From positions 88,598,001 to 88,662,000 of the forward strand of contig OX597822.1 in the NCBI GenBank assembly GCA_951406725.2: a stretch of DNA of 64,000 bases, written 5' to 3'. Shown piece after piece: positions 1-15,030 of the stretch. Position numbers and translations under genes: made by a program. The notes under the pieces are model-generated. The model was given only the letters and a program-made list of their open reading frames with translations. It did no database searches and had not been told where the DNA came from. Numbering within the stretch: position 1 is the first letter of the stretch; each line of letters begins with the position of its first letter. This DNA comes from Octopus vulgaris (taxonomy: Eukaryota).

Positions 1-15
1 TCCTCCTCCTCCCCC

Positions 16-72
<57 letters not shown>

Positions 73-290
73 AAGGCGGCGAGCTGGCAGAATCGTTAGC
101 ACGCCAGACAAAATGCTTAGCGGCATTTCGTCCGTCCTTACATTCTGAGTTCAAATTCCGCTGAGGTCGACTTTGCCTTTCTTTCTTTCGGATTCGATGA
201 AATAGGTACCCGTTGCGCAATGGGGTCGATGTAATCGACTGGCCCCCTCCCCCAAAATTTCATGCCTTGTGCCTATAGTAGGGAGGATTT
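73..290 (+). mobile_element. tRNA-derived SINE, family A (GGCGGCGAGCTGGCAGAA head)
   Basis: Further copies near 7070, 12416, 16068, 26545, 29010-29205 (-), 50578, 51035; A/B-box-like head and conserved GTCGACTTTGCCTTTCATCC...AAGTACCAG body. Confidence 0.85.
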
Positions 291-458
291 ATTATAATTT
301 ACTTTTAATCTACATGTTTGTTAAAATCACTTGCCGAGACACACCCAGCGTCCTCGGGCGAATGAAGGATAAGAGATGTTACAGTATGACTGAAACCTTG
401 AAGAGGGGAAGTGGCGGGCGCAGTAGCAAAATGTCTTCATTTAATACAACACAGACAT

Positions 459-1610
459 TTAAATTGATAGGGTTTTTCTAGGGATGTGGACAGTACTTGT
501 CAGCACAATTTTTTGGATTTCTCTGAGACATGGTTCTCCTGGGATGTTATCTAGATGTTTCTGACATCCCTTTTTTATCATACATAGGGCACCTACAATT
601 GCAAGAACAGTTCTTGCTTTAAGATGCCACATCTTTTGTATTTCAATTTCCATGTCCTTATATTTACTTAATTTGTCAAATTCCTTTACAGATATATTTT
701 TATCAGTGGGAACATTTACATCTATTAGTTTACAGGTATTTTCTTCCCTGCCTTTAATAATAATGTTTGGTCGATTATTCTGTATCGTTTTGTCAGTGTT
801 GATTGGAAAATCCCAGAGGATAGTGACATTTTTACCTTCAACGACTGGTTCAGGATGATGTTCATTCTAGTAAGCAGGAGTGCCGATTTTGTAGTGTTCA
901 CATATTTTCCAATGTAAATAATGTCCTACTCTATCGTGGCGACTTTTTCATTCGTTTGGTGTCAGCACAAGACATCCCGAAACGAGACGGTCTATTGTTT
1001 CGTCAAATGTGTCGCAAAATTTGCATTTAGGGTCAGAACCGTTTTGAAGAACGTTAGCCTGGTAGTTTCTGGTAAGCAAGCTTTGACCTTGTGCCGCCAG
1101 TATGAAACCTCCAGTCTCTGCTTTCAGTCCTGAACTTCTCAATCACTGATGGGTTGTTGCTTGGTCTACATCAGCATTTCGACTTCAAAGAATATACTGC
1201 CTGGCCCCACCGTTCCTTAGTTTGTTTCTGCTTGTTTGGTAGCAGTGGTTTCGGGTTCTTCATCTAATTCAGGGTTAATGCCAAGTTCCCTTACGAATTT
1301 GCAAGCTTCTTTGACAATAGAATGTAACTTTTTGTTGCTTTCGTGTTTGCACGCAAGCCGCAGCATCCAGTCCGCTGTACTAGATAAGTACCTGTTCATT
1401 GGTATTATGGAGGTCCTATAGCACAGTTCTAGCTGCATCAGTCCTCTTCTCCCATTACTTCTAGGTAGGTACAGACGATCAACATCTGCTTTTGGGTGGT
1501 GCATGTTCCTAGATGTTAGTAATTTTCTTATCTTCCTGTCCAGGCGTTGGAGCTCTGTGGGATCCCAGTTAATGATGTTAAAACCGTATTGGACCACTGG
1601 AAGTGCCAGG
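459..1610 (-). mobile_element. Decayed 3' part of an R4/Dong-like non-LTR retrotransposon (RLE endonuclease class)
   Basis: Peptides HHPKADVDRLYLPR, C..C...ETIDRLVSGC zinc knuckle, EIEIQKMW...IVGAL; next to (TTA)n. Confidence 0.8.
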
Positions 1611-1631
1611 GTATCTTATTATTATTATTAT

Positions 1632-2115
<484 letters not shown>

Positions 2116-2440
2116 TTTTATTATATAACTGTTCAATATTTGGTAGATTGCGGCAAATTTCTACTGCATCACCTGCTACACCTCCGTGTTGCTGGGGCGT
2201 GTGCAGCATTGTGTGTTCTTTTCTGCTGTTGGGAGTGTGCAAACTCTTCCTGGTACTGTATTGTGTTAGTTTATTTTTTCTCTTGAGGTGTGATGCAGTC
2301 TTTTTTTGTGTTACTGCTTGTATTGTGTGTTAAGTGTGTAATGCTTTGGTTTTCTGGATTGCTGGTGGAAGTTCATTTCACAGGGTAAATTCTGTATAGC
2401 GTGTCTTGTATTTCTGGGTTGTTTTGTTTAGATTGTATTA

Positions 2441-3130
2441 TTAGATTGATAGTGTCTTGCCTAGGATGTGGCGTGTTCCTAGCAGGGTTATTTTTTTAAC
2501 AGTGTGCAGTATTGAGGAACCAGGTATAGCCCCTACGTTGTTGTTCATATGTTTTTTTTTTATCATGACCAATGCTCCAATTATTATTAGTATTGTTTCT
2601 ACCTTCATGCTCCACATTTTCAATACTTCAATTTCGAGGTCTTTGTACTTTGACAATTTCTCCACTTCTTTTTTGACAATATTTTGATCAGAAGGGGCTG
2701 CAATGTCTATCAGTAAGCAGATGTTTTTTTTTCCCCAATCTTTGACTAGTATGTCTGAGCGACTAGCTTTTATTTCTTTGTCGGTTTGAACCGGCATATC
2801 CCTCATGATATGGCCTGGTCGCTGTCTTGTACCTTGCTTGGCACATGCTTATACCACCTGTTTTCAGTTTGATGTTGTCCAGTGGCTATAACTGCTTACT
2901 TTGTCGTGTCTGTATATATATTCAGACTTGGCAAGGAATGGGTAGCCCGAGATGATGTGGTCAACTGCTTCATTGTGCTAGTTGCACATTCTGCATTTTC
3001 TGTTGAGGCCTGTCTTCATTATTTTGTTTTTATAATTGTTTGTAGTCAGGCATTGGTCTTGTGCGACGAGAATCAATCCTTCCGTTTCGGCTTTTAGTCC
3101 AGAGCTTAGGAGCCATTGTTGGCTTTTACT
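2441..3130 (-). mobile_element. Second, diverged R4/Dong-like LINE 3' fragment
   Basis: ORF with RLE-type motifs SDILV...LIDIAAP...EKLSKYKDLEIEV...IIIGAL; followed on the minus strand by a long (TAA)n. Confidence 0.8.
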
Positions 3131-3372
3131 TAGGCTCGCTTCCTCTCAACCACATGTGCATGGCATGGTAATCTCATATCAAGATAAACAGCGCATGTCC
3201 TTACAGGGTGGGCCCAGTTAGAATGTTCTTCTGGTTGAGTAGCCCATCCCGCTCAAAAGGTTCCTGAATAAGGATTGTTTAATGATGTTGAACAAACCAC
3301 CCACGTTTCCAAAGGTGAATTATCCAAACCTCTAAGAATTCCTTTCAACACACGGTTATGATGCTCCCCCAC

Positions 3373-3441
<69 letters not shown>

Positions 3442-3590
3442 TATGTTTGACTTTTGCTTTACATTTGCGCAAGCTGGCTCCAAGTCTCACCCAGAGACCT
3501 CAAGAGACAACAAGTTGGAAGTTCATGTTGGTGTTATGTCTAGGGTGCCATATATTTGGTTTTGTACCTAGTGTTTATTATTAATATTAA

Positions 3591-3650
<60 letters not shown>

Positions 3651-4821
3651 CCTCGACATATCATAATAAAAAAAAGAGTAAATGTTATAGTATGTAGTCA
3701 TTGTTGTCCCTCTTCATTATCGTCCCACTACAAAAACAATTCTTCCGTTTATTGTTAAATTATCTAAATTGTTTTATTATATAACTCGACATAAAAATAA
3801 ACAGTAGTGTGTGTGTGCGCGCGCATGCGTGCGTGTGTGTACGTACAATATATGATACAAACATGGAATAGTTAGAAGTTTCCCAGCAAGCGATGGGTAT
3901 GAAGTTATCCGATTTCCGATCGGCAATCAACGTACGTGCCACTGTCCATTAGCTGCTGTGAAGCTATTAACGCACAAACGATAAGTGCTTCCCGAACAAT
4001 TTAACCGCTAAAAAGAAACAACTCCGCTTGTCTCAAATGAAAGGTGGTGGTTAAAAAACACCATGATATAATCGTGAAGATTGAGTGTGGTTTAAACCAC
4101 TGTATGTGAACCTTCCATGTTTGCATAATATATAAAATATATTCGTTTATTTCAATGATATTGAGGTCAATTTCTTTAATGTTACACACATGGTTAATCG
4201 TTATGTGTGTGTGTGTGTGTGCAGATAAACATTTTGTATGCATGTGTGTGTGTATATATATATATATATATAGTTAATACGAGGATGTCAAGTTCTCATT
4301 AGGGATTAAATAATGCAAAAAGTTCCACTGGTTAATCAGCATCATATAAAGAGAAAGACTCGACGATAGTTAGGGATTGTTATAGTAATAAATATTATTA
4401 GTATTGAAAGATAGAAAATGGAGAATAATGGATATATAAATAATTCATTTGTATGATATAATGATGTTGAATTTTTTAATAGAAACAATGTAAATAAATT
4501 ATAAATTGTAAGGCTATAAAAGAAATGCAGATGCCAAAAACCTACATATATGTTTCGATTGATACCCCTAGTTGATATGTAATTCTAAGCATTTGCTAAG
4601 AATTAGTATTATTTTCAACTGAATGGGCTAGAATCTTATGAGCTTATACTACAAATATATGTAAATCAAAACATATATGTAGGTTTTTGGCATCTACCAT
4701 TTCTTTTAGAGTTTTACAATTTATAATTTATTTGTATTGTTTTTATAAAAAAATTTCAGCATCTTTATATCATACAAATGAATTACTTAAACATCCATTA
4801 TTCTCCACTTTCTTTCTTTCG

Positions 4822-4908
<87 letters not shown>

Positions 4909-5195
4909 CAACGTATAAACAGGGCAAAAGAAAAAAATTGACTTAAGTCGTCAATAACCATATAATTTATCACTATAAGCACGCGTCTCGGAAGCAAGCC
5001 GACAGAAATTTCTAAAAAATTTCGTTATAATCGAATCGGTCCCGATTTCTGAGTTAATTCATTTAGAATTTTCTCGTCATCAGCGATAAATACGATAAGA
5101 AAAATAAATGAGACACTTACTTGTACCCATGGAAGAAGTAAACACTAAGTCATGAGTACACTTAAGTACCCAAATATATCCAAAATAGAAATTCT

Positions 5196-5309
<114 letters not shown>

Positions 5310-5549
5310 GCGATTGGTAAATTGTCGCAGTTTGTATTTTAATTTCGCGCGTGCGCATTGTTTTGTTTTTTATTTTGTCGACAACACAGTATAGTAGGGT
5401 CGGTTGGGCACCGTCTATGAAAAAACAATACCATGACGCAATTCACTCTGCCAGAAATTCAGCTTGGAAAAGTATATTATTGTGCCAAATTTTAAAATTT
5501 TCGATAAACTTCTATTTTTGAAATGCTGACGGCCAAACCAACTAGATCT

Positions 5550-5624
<75 letters not shown>

Positions 5625-6251
5625 AGCAGCAATGTGTCATCTGTGAAGGAACGAAAGATAACAGTGTTCGTACGCTTCTCAACTGAGACTGATCAGAGGT
5701 TAAACAAGAACAACAGTTCAAAATATTCGTTTCGGTTGTCACTCGTTAAAGAGTTATGGAAAAAAATAAGGAGTGAGATGTCCATCTTGTTACTAAAGTT
5801 ATTTTCTATGGGGAGTAGGAGAAAGTGGCTTCACCGAGGAATTGAAACTGTTGGCATTATCGTGCCTTACTTCTTTAATGTTTTCATCACAGTCATTTGT
5901 AACTTTGTTACAAAGTCATGAATTTTAGGGAAGATCTGATCTAATTGATACACCTCAGACTTTAATTAGTATTATCCTAGGGGTGGGGTGAGTTACATCA
6001 ATCTCAGAGGGATTTGAACTCATGATGTTGGAAGGTGTAACTAAATTGGCACCCGACCAATTCTACCACCCATGGCCCCTTTATACCGCGGTAAAAATAA
6101 TAACGGAAAAAAATCTTTCTACACCTATTTTGTTGCTTCCAGGTGACCTACCACAGGATGAGTTTATAACAGAAAAAATAAACTAAAACAGCAGGAACAA
6201 AAATACGGACCTTATCCACTTCCCGTACATAAGCTACTATCAAGAGAGATA

Positions 6252-6341
<90 letters not shown>

Positions 6342-7406
6342 TTTTTTTTTTTAGGTTTCGACAGGGAATCAAAGGAAATATATAAATATGTATTTTAGCA
6401 AAATTCTTTTGATAACTTTCGGATGATACGGTTTATAATTACCCTTAGCATCTAACTTTGATCTTATTAAACAAAATGTCAGATGTCTCCCTTGAAAACA
6501 TAACCTTTCTTTAGAAACATATGTACCGTAATATACACTTAGTTGCCAATTTCATGTTTGGTCTACAAACCCAAGGACATATACTTTATAAAAGTTCAAT
6601 AGAAATCCAGTCTTGCAAAGATGGTGTTGTAAGGTGGGAGTCAGCGATAAGATTTTGCTTTCGTTTTTACTTTATTTATTTATCTACATTTTTGTTTTCC
6701 TTCTTTTTGAAGAAACTCTTTGCCTGACCGATTAAGCCTTTCACAGGAAGACAGCTGAAACACTGAAAAATATCGAGGAGAAATTTCCCAGCTATGTACC
6801 ATAAAAATTTGTCGGCTTTGAAATATTACAGGCAGTTATTGGTTTATTTTTAAGAGCGATGGAATAACAAAAACGATGAGGAGCTGGACTAAATATTTTT
6901 CTGTATTTAATTACATTATCTTGTTTTCCACATTCAAATCCAAGAGAGTTTAATTCTATATTCCTTCTCCTTGCCGATCAATAAAGTAAGTTCCAGTAGT
7001 GAATAAGGGTCGAATCACAAATGTTTGACCTTGTACCAAATAGCAAAAAAAGAACATAGTCGAAGGCAAGGCGGCGAGCTGCCAGCTTCGTTAGCACGTC
7101 GGGCAAAAATGCTTGACAGTTTTTCTAGTTTTTTAATGCTTTGAGTTCAAATTCTGTCAAAGTCAGCTTTGCCTTTTCATCCAATCAAAATTAGAAAAAA
7201 TTGAATCGTAGCTACAGGAAATCAATTTCTTACTCTTCTTACTGTCTTTTAATTTTATTTTATTTTCATTCTAAATGCTGAATTACTGACAATCAGGGTA
7301 ATTCTGTACAAATTCATTATTCAAACATACTACTTTAATCATTATAACAAAGATAAATTCGTTGCTATTATGTTAAACTGTCGTATGTCCAAATTTAGCC
7401 AAATGC

Positions 7407-7464
<58 letters not shown>

Positions 7465-7653
7465 ATTTTGCTTGCAATAGCCAGTTCTATTGCTCAAACT
7501 ATCGTATCTCCAACTGCTTCAGATGCCAAGATATGAAAATTGTCAAAGTATAGTACAACGGTTTCGCATTTTTCAAAAGTGTAGTCACATACGTCAGATT
7601 TGCAAAAAATATTTCTGTCTGAAAATATCATTCATATATATATATATATACAT

Positions 7654-7703
<50 letters not shown>

Positions 7704-7704
<1 letters not shown>

Positions 7705-8001
7705 ACCGTGACCGACCAGGCTATCAGATGTTGCTACACATCGCTGGTCACAATGCGCTTCGCATTGTTTTAGCCTTCAAATGACGCCACCCCACTGGCT
7801 AAGCGAGCAGGCCAACAGAAGAAAGAGTGAGAGAAAGAGTGGCGAAAGAGTACAGCAGGGATCGCCAGCACCCCCTGCCGGAGCCTCGTGGAGCTTTAGG
7901 TGTTTTCGCTCAATAAACACTCACAATGCCCGGTCTGGGAATCGAAACCGCGATCCTACAACCGCGAGTCTGCTGCCCTAACCACTGGGCCATTGCGCCT
8001 C

Positions 8002-8003
<2 letters not shown>
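7704..8003 (-). mobile_element. tRNA-derived SINE, family B
   Basis: Minus-strand head TGGAGGCGCAATGGCCCAGTGGTTAGG...GGTTTCGATTCC (A/B boxes) continuing into a non-tRNA body; diverged relative near 30925 (+). Confidence 0.8.
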
Positions 8004-8033
<30 letters not shown>

Positions 8034-8291
8034 TACATACTGTTTTTAAAAAACATTTTCCTCCTTTTTTACTACTTCCGTCTTTTCAGTATGTGACCTC
8101 GTGAAGACGACCTGCAATTTTTTTTCCTGTCCTCCCGTCTCGGGATCTTTCTTTCTTTCTCTTATGTTTCCGACGAAGAGCTCCGCTCGAAACGTCATAC
8201 CCTCCTTCTTCCATTTTCCTGAGCGCCTAATAATAATAATACTGTAATTGTTCCACGTGTTGTTGTTTTTTCTGTTTTCCCGTTTGGATTA

Positions 8292-8352
<61 letters not shown>

Positions 8353-8863
8353 ATATACACAATCATACACACATACATACATGTGTGTGCGTGTGTGAGT
8401 GAGTGTATGTGTAAGAAATAATTGAGATTCAGTTGAATTTACGTACTTAAGTTGAAGAACCTAGTCAGTCCGGTATTATCCGCACAGCTCGAAGTAAGGT
8501 GAATAAAATCAAAAAACAACAACAGGATATCAAGTAGTGAAGCAGTACGACCGTTTGAAGCGGCTCCATTTAACTGAACAATGCAATCGTTACATCAATT
8601 TAAATGTAGTGCCATCTTCACAAGGCCTGAAGTTTTGTGGGGAGGGTCTAATTGATTGCATCGACCCCAGTACGGAGCCGGTACTTATTTTATTGGTGTT
8701 AGAAAAATAACACCAATTGAATAGCGTTACCTTATGGATAATGGATGATTAGAATGTCGATAATTCCTATAATTTTCTGGTTTGAAAGCATAATACTGTT
8801 ATGTGGTTCGTTAATTGCTATAGTACATTATTCTCCGCTAGATCATGCAAAGCCTACAATTTC

Positions 8864-9284
8864 GGATCTTTTCGGTTTGAACGGCAGTTTTTTCTAGCGG
8901 TTGTCATATGAAATGGTCACCCATAATTATGACCCTAGTATCGATCTATTGCATTTCTATCTGTTTTAGGGTTAGGGTTAGGGTTAGGGGTGGGGGAAGG
9001 GTATCTTTTTTTTCTTCACAAATGTAAATAAACCCAATCTGTTTCTTAAACGAGGGACATATTCATACGGCACAGAATGTTTTTACCTCAATAGACGTAA
9101 TTGATTGGTTGAAATTGCAGAAATTGAAGAAAAAACAACAAATATCTTAGAAACTATAGAATTTTCTCAATAAAGCCAAGAGAAAAAGATGTTCTATAAA
9201 CACATTCTACCAGAATACGAAGTTTAAAATTTTTTAGTTGCCTAGAAATTATGTTAAAAACTGCCGTTCAAACCGAAAAGATCC
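8864..9284. mobile_element. MITE, Merlin-like, with internal (TTAGGG)n
   Basis: Perfect 29-bp TIR GGATCTTTTCGGTTTGAACGGCAGTTTTT; 8-bp target duplication ACAATTTC/ACAATCTC; GG...CC ends. Confidence 0.85.
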
Positions 9285-9299
9285 ACAATCTCTTTTGTT

Positions 9300-12200
9300 A
9301 CCTTTATATGCTGGAGCTGTGACTATAATACTTGAAATCGGTACCCTTTCATTTTAAACTCCACATGTATTCTGCTGGTGATGTAGAATTGCTTAATATT
9401 GTATTATCATATGTATGTTTATGCATATTAACTCGTTTCTTAGAGGGATTCCATGTGGAACTGATATAATACCCATGAATAGTTTGAGTAACGACATTGC
9501 ATTTATAAATTACTTTACTTAAAAGGTAACTTACTTTCATGAGTAGCTGATCTACAGTTGCATTAAGGTGAGTTAATCGAGTCTTTGAGGCCCTATAAAT
9601 CTATATTTTCCCTGTTGATATTCATATTGTTTTCCTCCACTATTACTACTGTGTTATTACTAGTGTGTACCATTACTAATGTTAGTATTTTTGCTATTAT
9701 CCTTGTGACTGTTTTGCTTCTTATTGTAGAAAATTTTATGATAGGGAAAGGTTCTGTGTTAGTATCCTTTATGCATAGGTTTGTACGAGTGAAATTTGTA
9801 TCATTTCATCTCTTACTCTTTGAATTGTTAAACTTACTTTTTGTCTCAAGTGAGAACTAATTTTTTTCTCTATCTTTACTTTTAGATTGAGTAATTAAGA
9901 GGGTTAGGTCATTATCCCTACTTTTATTCCTATAATCACTTGTCATAGATTGAGTACTGGGATTGTCATCTGCATTTAGGCTTTTGTCATTATATAGCTA
10001 AGTAAGAGTGTTTCGTCTAAAATTGAAGTAGAATCGGTGTATTTGTTATTTTTAAGAGATATTCTTTTCTACTTCAGGCACAAGGCCCGAAATTTTTGAG
10101 ATATTGGAGAAGTTAATGTTATCGGCTACAATAGACAATTGAATGGGAGAATTTCACCGTAAAAAAAGATGCTATGGTAGTCAGATCTTGTGTGCTACTG
10201 GTAACATATAACCCAGTACAATCTGTCGTATGGTCGGGCCGCCAACATTAAACTGGCGACCCCACCAAGCCTGCTTGGCGAGGAGAGTGCTTATCGGGCA
10301 CTCTGCGAGATAAAAAAAAAAAACGACAAAAGGCGGAAGAATTCAACGGCTATCCAATATTGTGTAAGAAACGAAAAGGGAAGAAAAGGGATGACTACCT
10401 TGTACGTGGAAAGATCAACAGAACGAAAGGAAATTACGAGGGTGAGACGATGACTCAGGAAGACCATCTGAACGGAGGTCTTACGCTCCACATTTTTGTA
10501 TTCAGCGGTCGAAAGGCTGAATAGTACGACCGAATCAAGCACCAGGGCTGGGTGTAGAAATCGGTTGTACTGTGAATCCAACGACGAGTTAGTTGTTGAA
10601 CCACGTCGAATGATGATGATGATGATGACGACGACGACGACGACGGTGATATTTATGCTTGGGTGAAAAGTTTTCCATAACTATGGTATTTACGTTTGAA
10701 TGGAAAGTATATCACTGAAAATCTTAAGTATGTTTGTTCATACGTTCCTTGAATAAGAAGCATGAAACCATGTTACGGTTCTTTTCCTTGTTTTCTTAGT
10801 GTTAGCGTTATCAGTAGAAATTTGATCTGAAGTATTTTTCTTATTGCTGCAATCCCTAGATTTAAGCCAGTCACAGTTTTTGGTAATACAATTAGAAGCA
10901 TTTTCAGAAGAAAATACCTCTGTGTTCTCAACCTTATCACTACAGTTATTCTTTTTTCCCTTATTACAGGTGCAGAATTTTATTGTTTCTTCTCATATCT
11001 AATACGGTGATAGTTCTACCGCTGCGTTTGTCTCCTAGATGAGTTTATTACTATATCAAACGCTCTTCCTTAATCAGTTCTAGATCATTTAGTCGTATCT
11101 TCAAATCTATTCATTATAATGCTACAGTAGTTAGTAACCTTAATCGTTGAAGATTTTATATCACCCATATCGGTTTGTAATTCTCCTGTATTATCTTGAT
11201 TTTAATAATATTGATTGGAAAACTATTTATTTGGCTCATTATTTACTTTTTTTCCAATTTTTATCTCTACGATACGGTTTACTTGTTTAAAAGTGGACTA
11301 TAAGCTTTTTTTTTGCCTTTTTTTCATATAGCCACTTTTTTCAGGGCATCGTTGTTATATTCAGCATTTTCATTGAATATTTGTTCATTTGCTGACAATT
11401 TTGATAACCTAAATGAAATATTTCTAACAATATTATCTATAGCAGACCTAAGATGATTAGAATGATTGTGTATGAAATGTAGGTTTTCATATAGATTGTG
11501 GCAAGGATAGTGCAAGCCAGTGTCAAGATTAAGAAAGTTCACCTCTTTTGTTCAAATTAAGACAGTAAACCTCTTTTGTTCATCTTTTTTGTGCTAATAT
11601 CAAGAGAAATAGAACGATTAGACTTTCTAAAAGTATATGAGTAAGTCCTTTCGAAGCTTTTCTAGTATAATAGAAAAATGCTTCGATAATTATCGAAAGG
11701 TTGCAGTTATTTAAAGTTAACAGATCATCGATGTTTTACAACTCTCCACCGAACTTCAGAAATTTATCCTTCAATTGATCTGTGAAAAGAGTCCAAGTCA
11801 ATAACCTGGACCATGTTCGAGAAAGACCATCAATATATCGATACCCGTTGAATTCTATTAAGCCTTTTATTGCTCCTATTATGGTATAAATTTCCCTCTA
11901 GTTTATATCTGTGTGTTATTTTTCTTTTTCTTTTTTTTTTTTTTTTTCAAGCAAAAAATAGAGTCTTGTTGATGAACATAGGTGAGATAGAAGAATAAGG
12001 ATTTTCAATGTTGAATTGCTGGAAAGAAGTATTACCATTGCTTTCTAGTATTTTATACCATTTTAGGACATTATCTGTATTATCCCACAGGGCAAGTACA
12101 ATATTTCTCGAATTTTAAAGATAATTCTGTCTAGTATTTGTTTACAGATTCTACCAATATCAGATTGGGATGGACAAATGAATGACGAGGATTTCTAAAT

Positions 12201-12400
12201 AAAGAAGAAAATGCGAAAAATGGTTTGAGGATTTTTGAACATGAGAGTCTCAGAATCTGAAAATCTTATTATTAAACAGCTTTTTTAAAAAATCAATAAT
12301 TAAGAATGCCAATCCAATGTTTTATAAATGTAATAATTGGGTTATCCTTATGGTCTTTCAAATTAAATTTTGAGTTTTTTCATATAAAACGCTCATTGGT
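9300..12400 (-). mobile_element. Decayed Penelope-like retroelement (RT + GIY-YIG endonuclease)
   Basis: Minus-strand peptides ICPSQSDIGRICKQILDRI, FQQFNIENPYSSIS, NIDDLL, NFLNLDTG...SNHLRSAIDNI...RLSKLSANEQIF, and GIY-YIG-like VIYKCNV...YYISST...KKR...H...YMWSLK (ORF 9349-9540). Confidence 0.8.
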
Positions 12401-12676
12401 ATCAACCAATTCCTAAGGCGGCGAGCTGGCAGAAACGTTAGCACGCCGGGCGAAATGCTTAGCGGTATTTCATCTGCCGTTGAGAGTTCACGAAAAAAAG
12501 CAAAAGACGAAGACAGGTGGAGTACAAAACAAACAGATGTATTAGTATAACGCTCAGGAATAGAAAAAAGTCTTTTATGTTTCGAGCCTACGCTCTTCTA
12601 CAGAAAGGGACACCTGAAAAAAACAAGGAGAGAAAAAAATGTGTGTAGTGGCTACCGATCTATCATGGCGACATAG

Positions 12677-12814
<138 letters not shown>

Positions 12815-14744
12815 CTAGTTCCTTACGGCCGTTTCTGCCAAGAGGCAACGAGATCCTCCAGGTTATTTCCATCTCTTCAGTTTTCTGCAGGGATGGGCAG
12901 ATAAGGCTTGGATGACGAATGTGCCTCTAGGCTTCTTCACAGGGTCTAAGTGGTTGTGAGGGCTAATACATATAAGAAACAGTTAATAGTAGGTACAGTG
13001 AGTTTGTCTTTGTAAAAAAGAGCAGAAAAAGAATAGGGGTAAGAATAAGAACAAACATGAGGGTGTGAGTGAAGCACATCTTAGTATAATGATTTGGGTA
13101 TAGCAAGGGGAAATAAGATACAGACTTCCCGTGATGTATTATAAGATCCATGTTATTTCGTCCAATAGGGGATAGGTGAATATAGTCGTTCTCAGGAGGA
13201 GTTTTTTTCAGGAATGGTAAATTTAGGCAGTAGTTCACATTATGTTTACATAAAGGTTCAGTGGTGGGTTTAAAGATATGGTCCATGTTACGGAGGTGAA
13301 AGTTTATATGTAAAGTGCCAGTTAGTAGGTGCAATGTTGCAGATGGTATGGCATAAGCAGCTTATGATGATGAACCCATCTTGGGAAATTTGGTATATGA
13401 GTGCATTAAAGAGAGAAAAGAACCAGGTGGGGGCCAAAGTGCGATGTTAGTGTTCGTTACTTTTTGCCGATCAACAAGTCTCGGAATCCATATATGGCTC
13501 ATACCCACACCCTTAACTCCACACATATACACACACGTGTATATCCATTTCCACACCTATGGATACATATGTGTGTAAACACCCAAAAACCCATACCTTC
13601 TTGCATAACCTCTCATATAACTGGTACTAATGGTATTTACAGAAGGTGTGCTTGGCCTTGTGAAGGCAGGAAACGTTTCTTTCCTTAAGAGAATTAACAA
13701 GTGGAAGTTTGGCTTTAATCATGAAGAAAATTTCATTTACACATAGCATACATTTCCTATTCTTTGTATTATACGCTGGTGAATAACAACAGGTTAGCAT
13801 AACAGATAACCACCACTCGTCCGGTCAAGTCCATTTTTGTCCCTATTTACGAAATCCTCCTTCTCCCTTCCGTCAACAATAAATCCCTGTGCAGCTCCTA
13901 TATCACTATAATACTAGGTGTTTAACCATATACAGTAGATCCCACTCATAGATAGATATACGTTTTGTATTTTTATATTTTTATACGTTTATACTCTTTT
14001 ACTTTTCTTATGCTGTCCTATAGGATTCTCTCCCCTTAATTCTAATTTTTTTAGTTATCGCACTTATTTACTTGTTTTTTAATTTTATTTTGTTCGTTTA
14101 CTTGTCCATGCTGGCCATTGTTTTATTTATTTATTTATTTGATTTGTTTTGTTTTATTTGTTAACCATCAATGAACCAGAACCACGTCATGGTTTTCAAA
14201 AAAATAGCTGACCACTTAGGTTGTAGGACTGACCATGTCCTTTAGGTTTCTCTTCCTTTAGTTTTAATTGTTTTAGTTAGGGTGGCCGAGACGGTCAGAG
14301 ATGACGGTGAGAGTAAGTAATGTGAAAGATAGTGGCGATGGTAGCGAAGGGGAAGGCGGCGAAGTCAAAGGTATTGATGGTAGTGGCGTCAGAAGTCTGA
14401 ATGGTGTGTGTATGGCGGATGTGGTGGCGATGGCGGTGGTACTGTTGTTCATCATGCATCTTTGCAATAAATTCCAAGTCAACAAATTATATTATTGTTT
14501 TGATGAAAATTGTACATTGCTTGAAAAATGTTGTTCAAGTTTAATAAAATTTAATATGTACTCAATGCATGAAATGTCATTGTTGGGTCCAAGGCATAAT
14601 GAAGAGCCCTCCAAGGCATAATGAAGAGCAGGAGCCAGCTTAAAGGCCACCCTTGTCAGGCGGCTTTTAAGTTAGTTATACACATATAACAAAAATAAGC
14701 CGTGCGACTACCGGACACAATGAAGCCCGTCGTGTATATATAAT

Positions 14745-14962
14745 TATGTGTGTGTGAGTGTGTGTTTGTATTTGCCCCACCCCCACCATCGCTTGAAAAC
14801 TGATGTTGGCATGTTTATGTCCCCGTAACTTAGCGGTTCGGCAAAAGAGACCGATAGAATAAGTACGAGGCTTACGAAGAATAAGTCCTGAGATCGATTT
14901 ATTCGACTAAAGGCGGTGGTCCAGCATGGCCGCAGTCAAATGACTCAAACAAATAAAAGAAT
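14745..14962 (+). mobile_element. SINE family C (GTCCCCGTAACTTAGCGGTTCGGCAAAAGAGACCGATAGAATAAGTAC body)
   Basis: Near-identical copy at 22418-22625; diverged copies near 33655, 52985-53600 (-), 61225-61380 (-). Confidence 0.8.
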
Positions 14963-14983
14963 AGGTGTATATACATATATATG

Positions 14984-15030
<47 letters not shown>

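Noticed and set aside
7930-8003. tRNA gene on the minus strand
   Set aside because: A/B boxes are present but there is no clean cloverleaf, and the sequence continues into a SINE body
8966-8996. Telomere or chromosome fusion scar
   Set aside because: Only about four units, internal to a MITE
12963-13688. Cluster of short overlapping ORFs
   Set aside because: No motif I can confidently assign and no splice support; likely a decayed repeat
14589-14629. 19-bp direct repeat CCAAGGCATAATGAAGAGC x2
   Set aside because: Simple local duplication with no further structure
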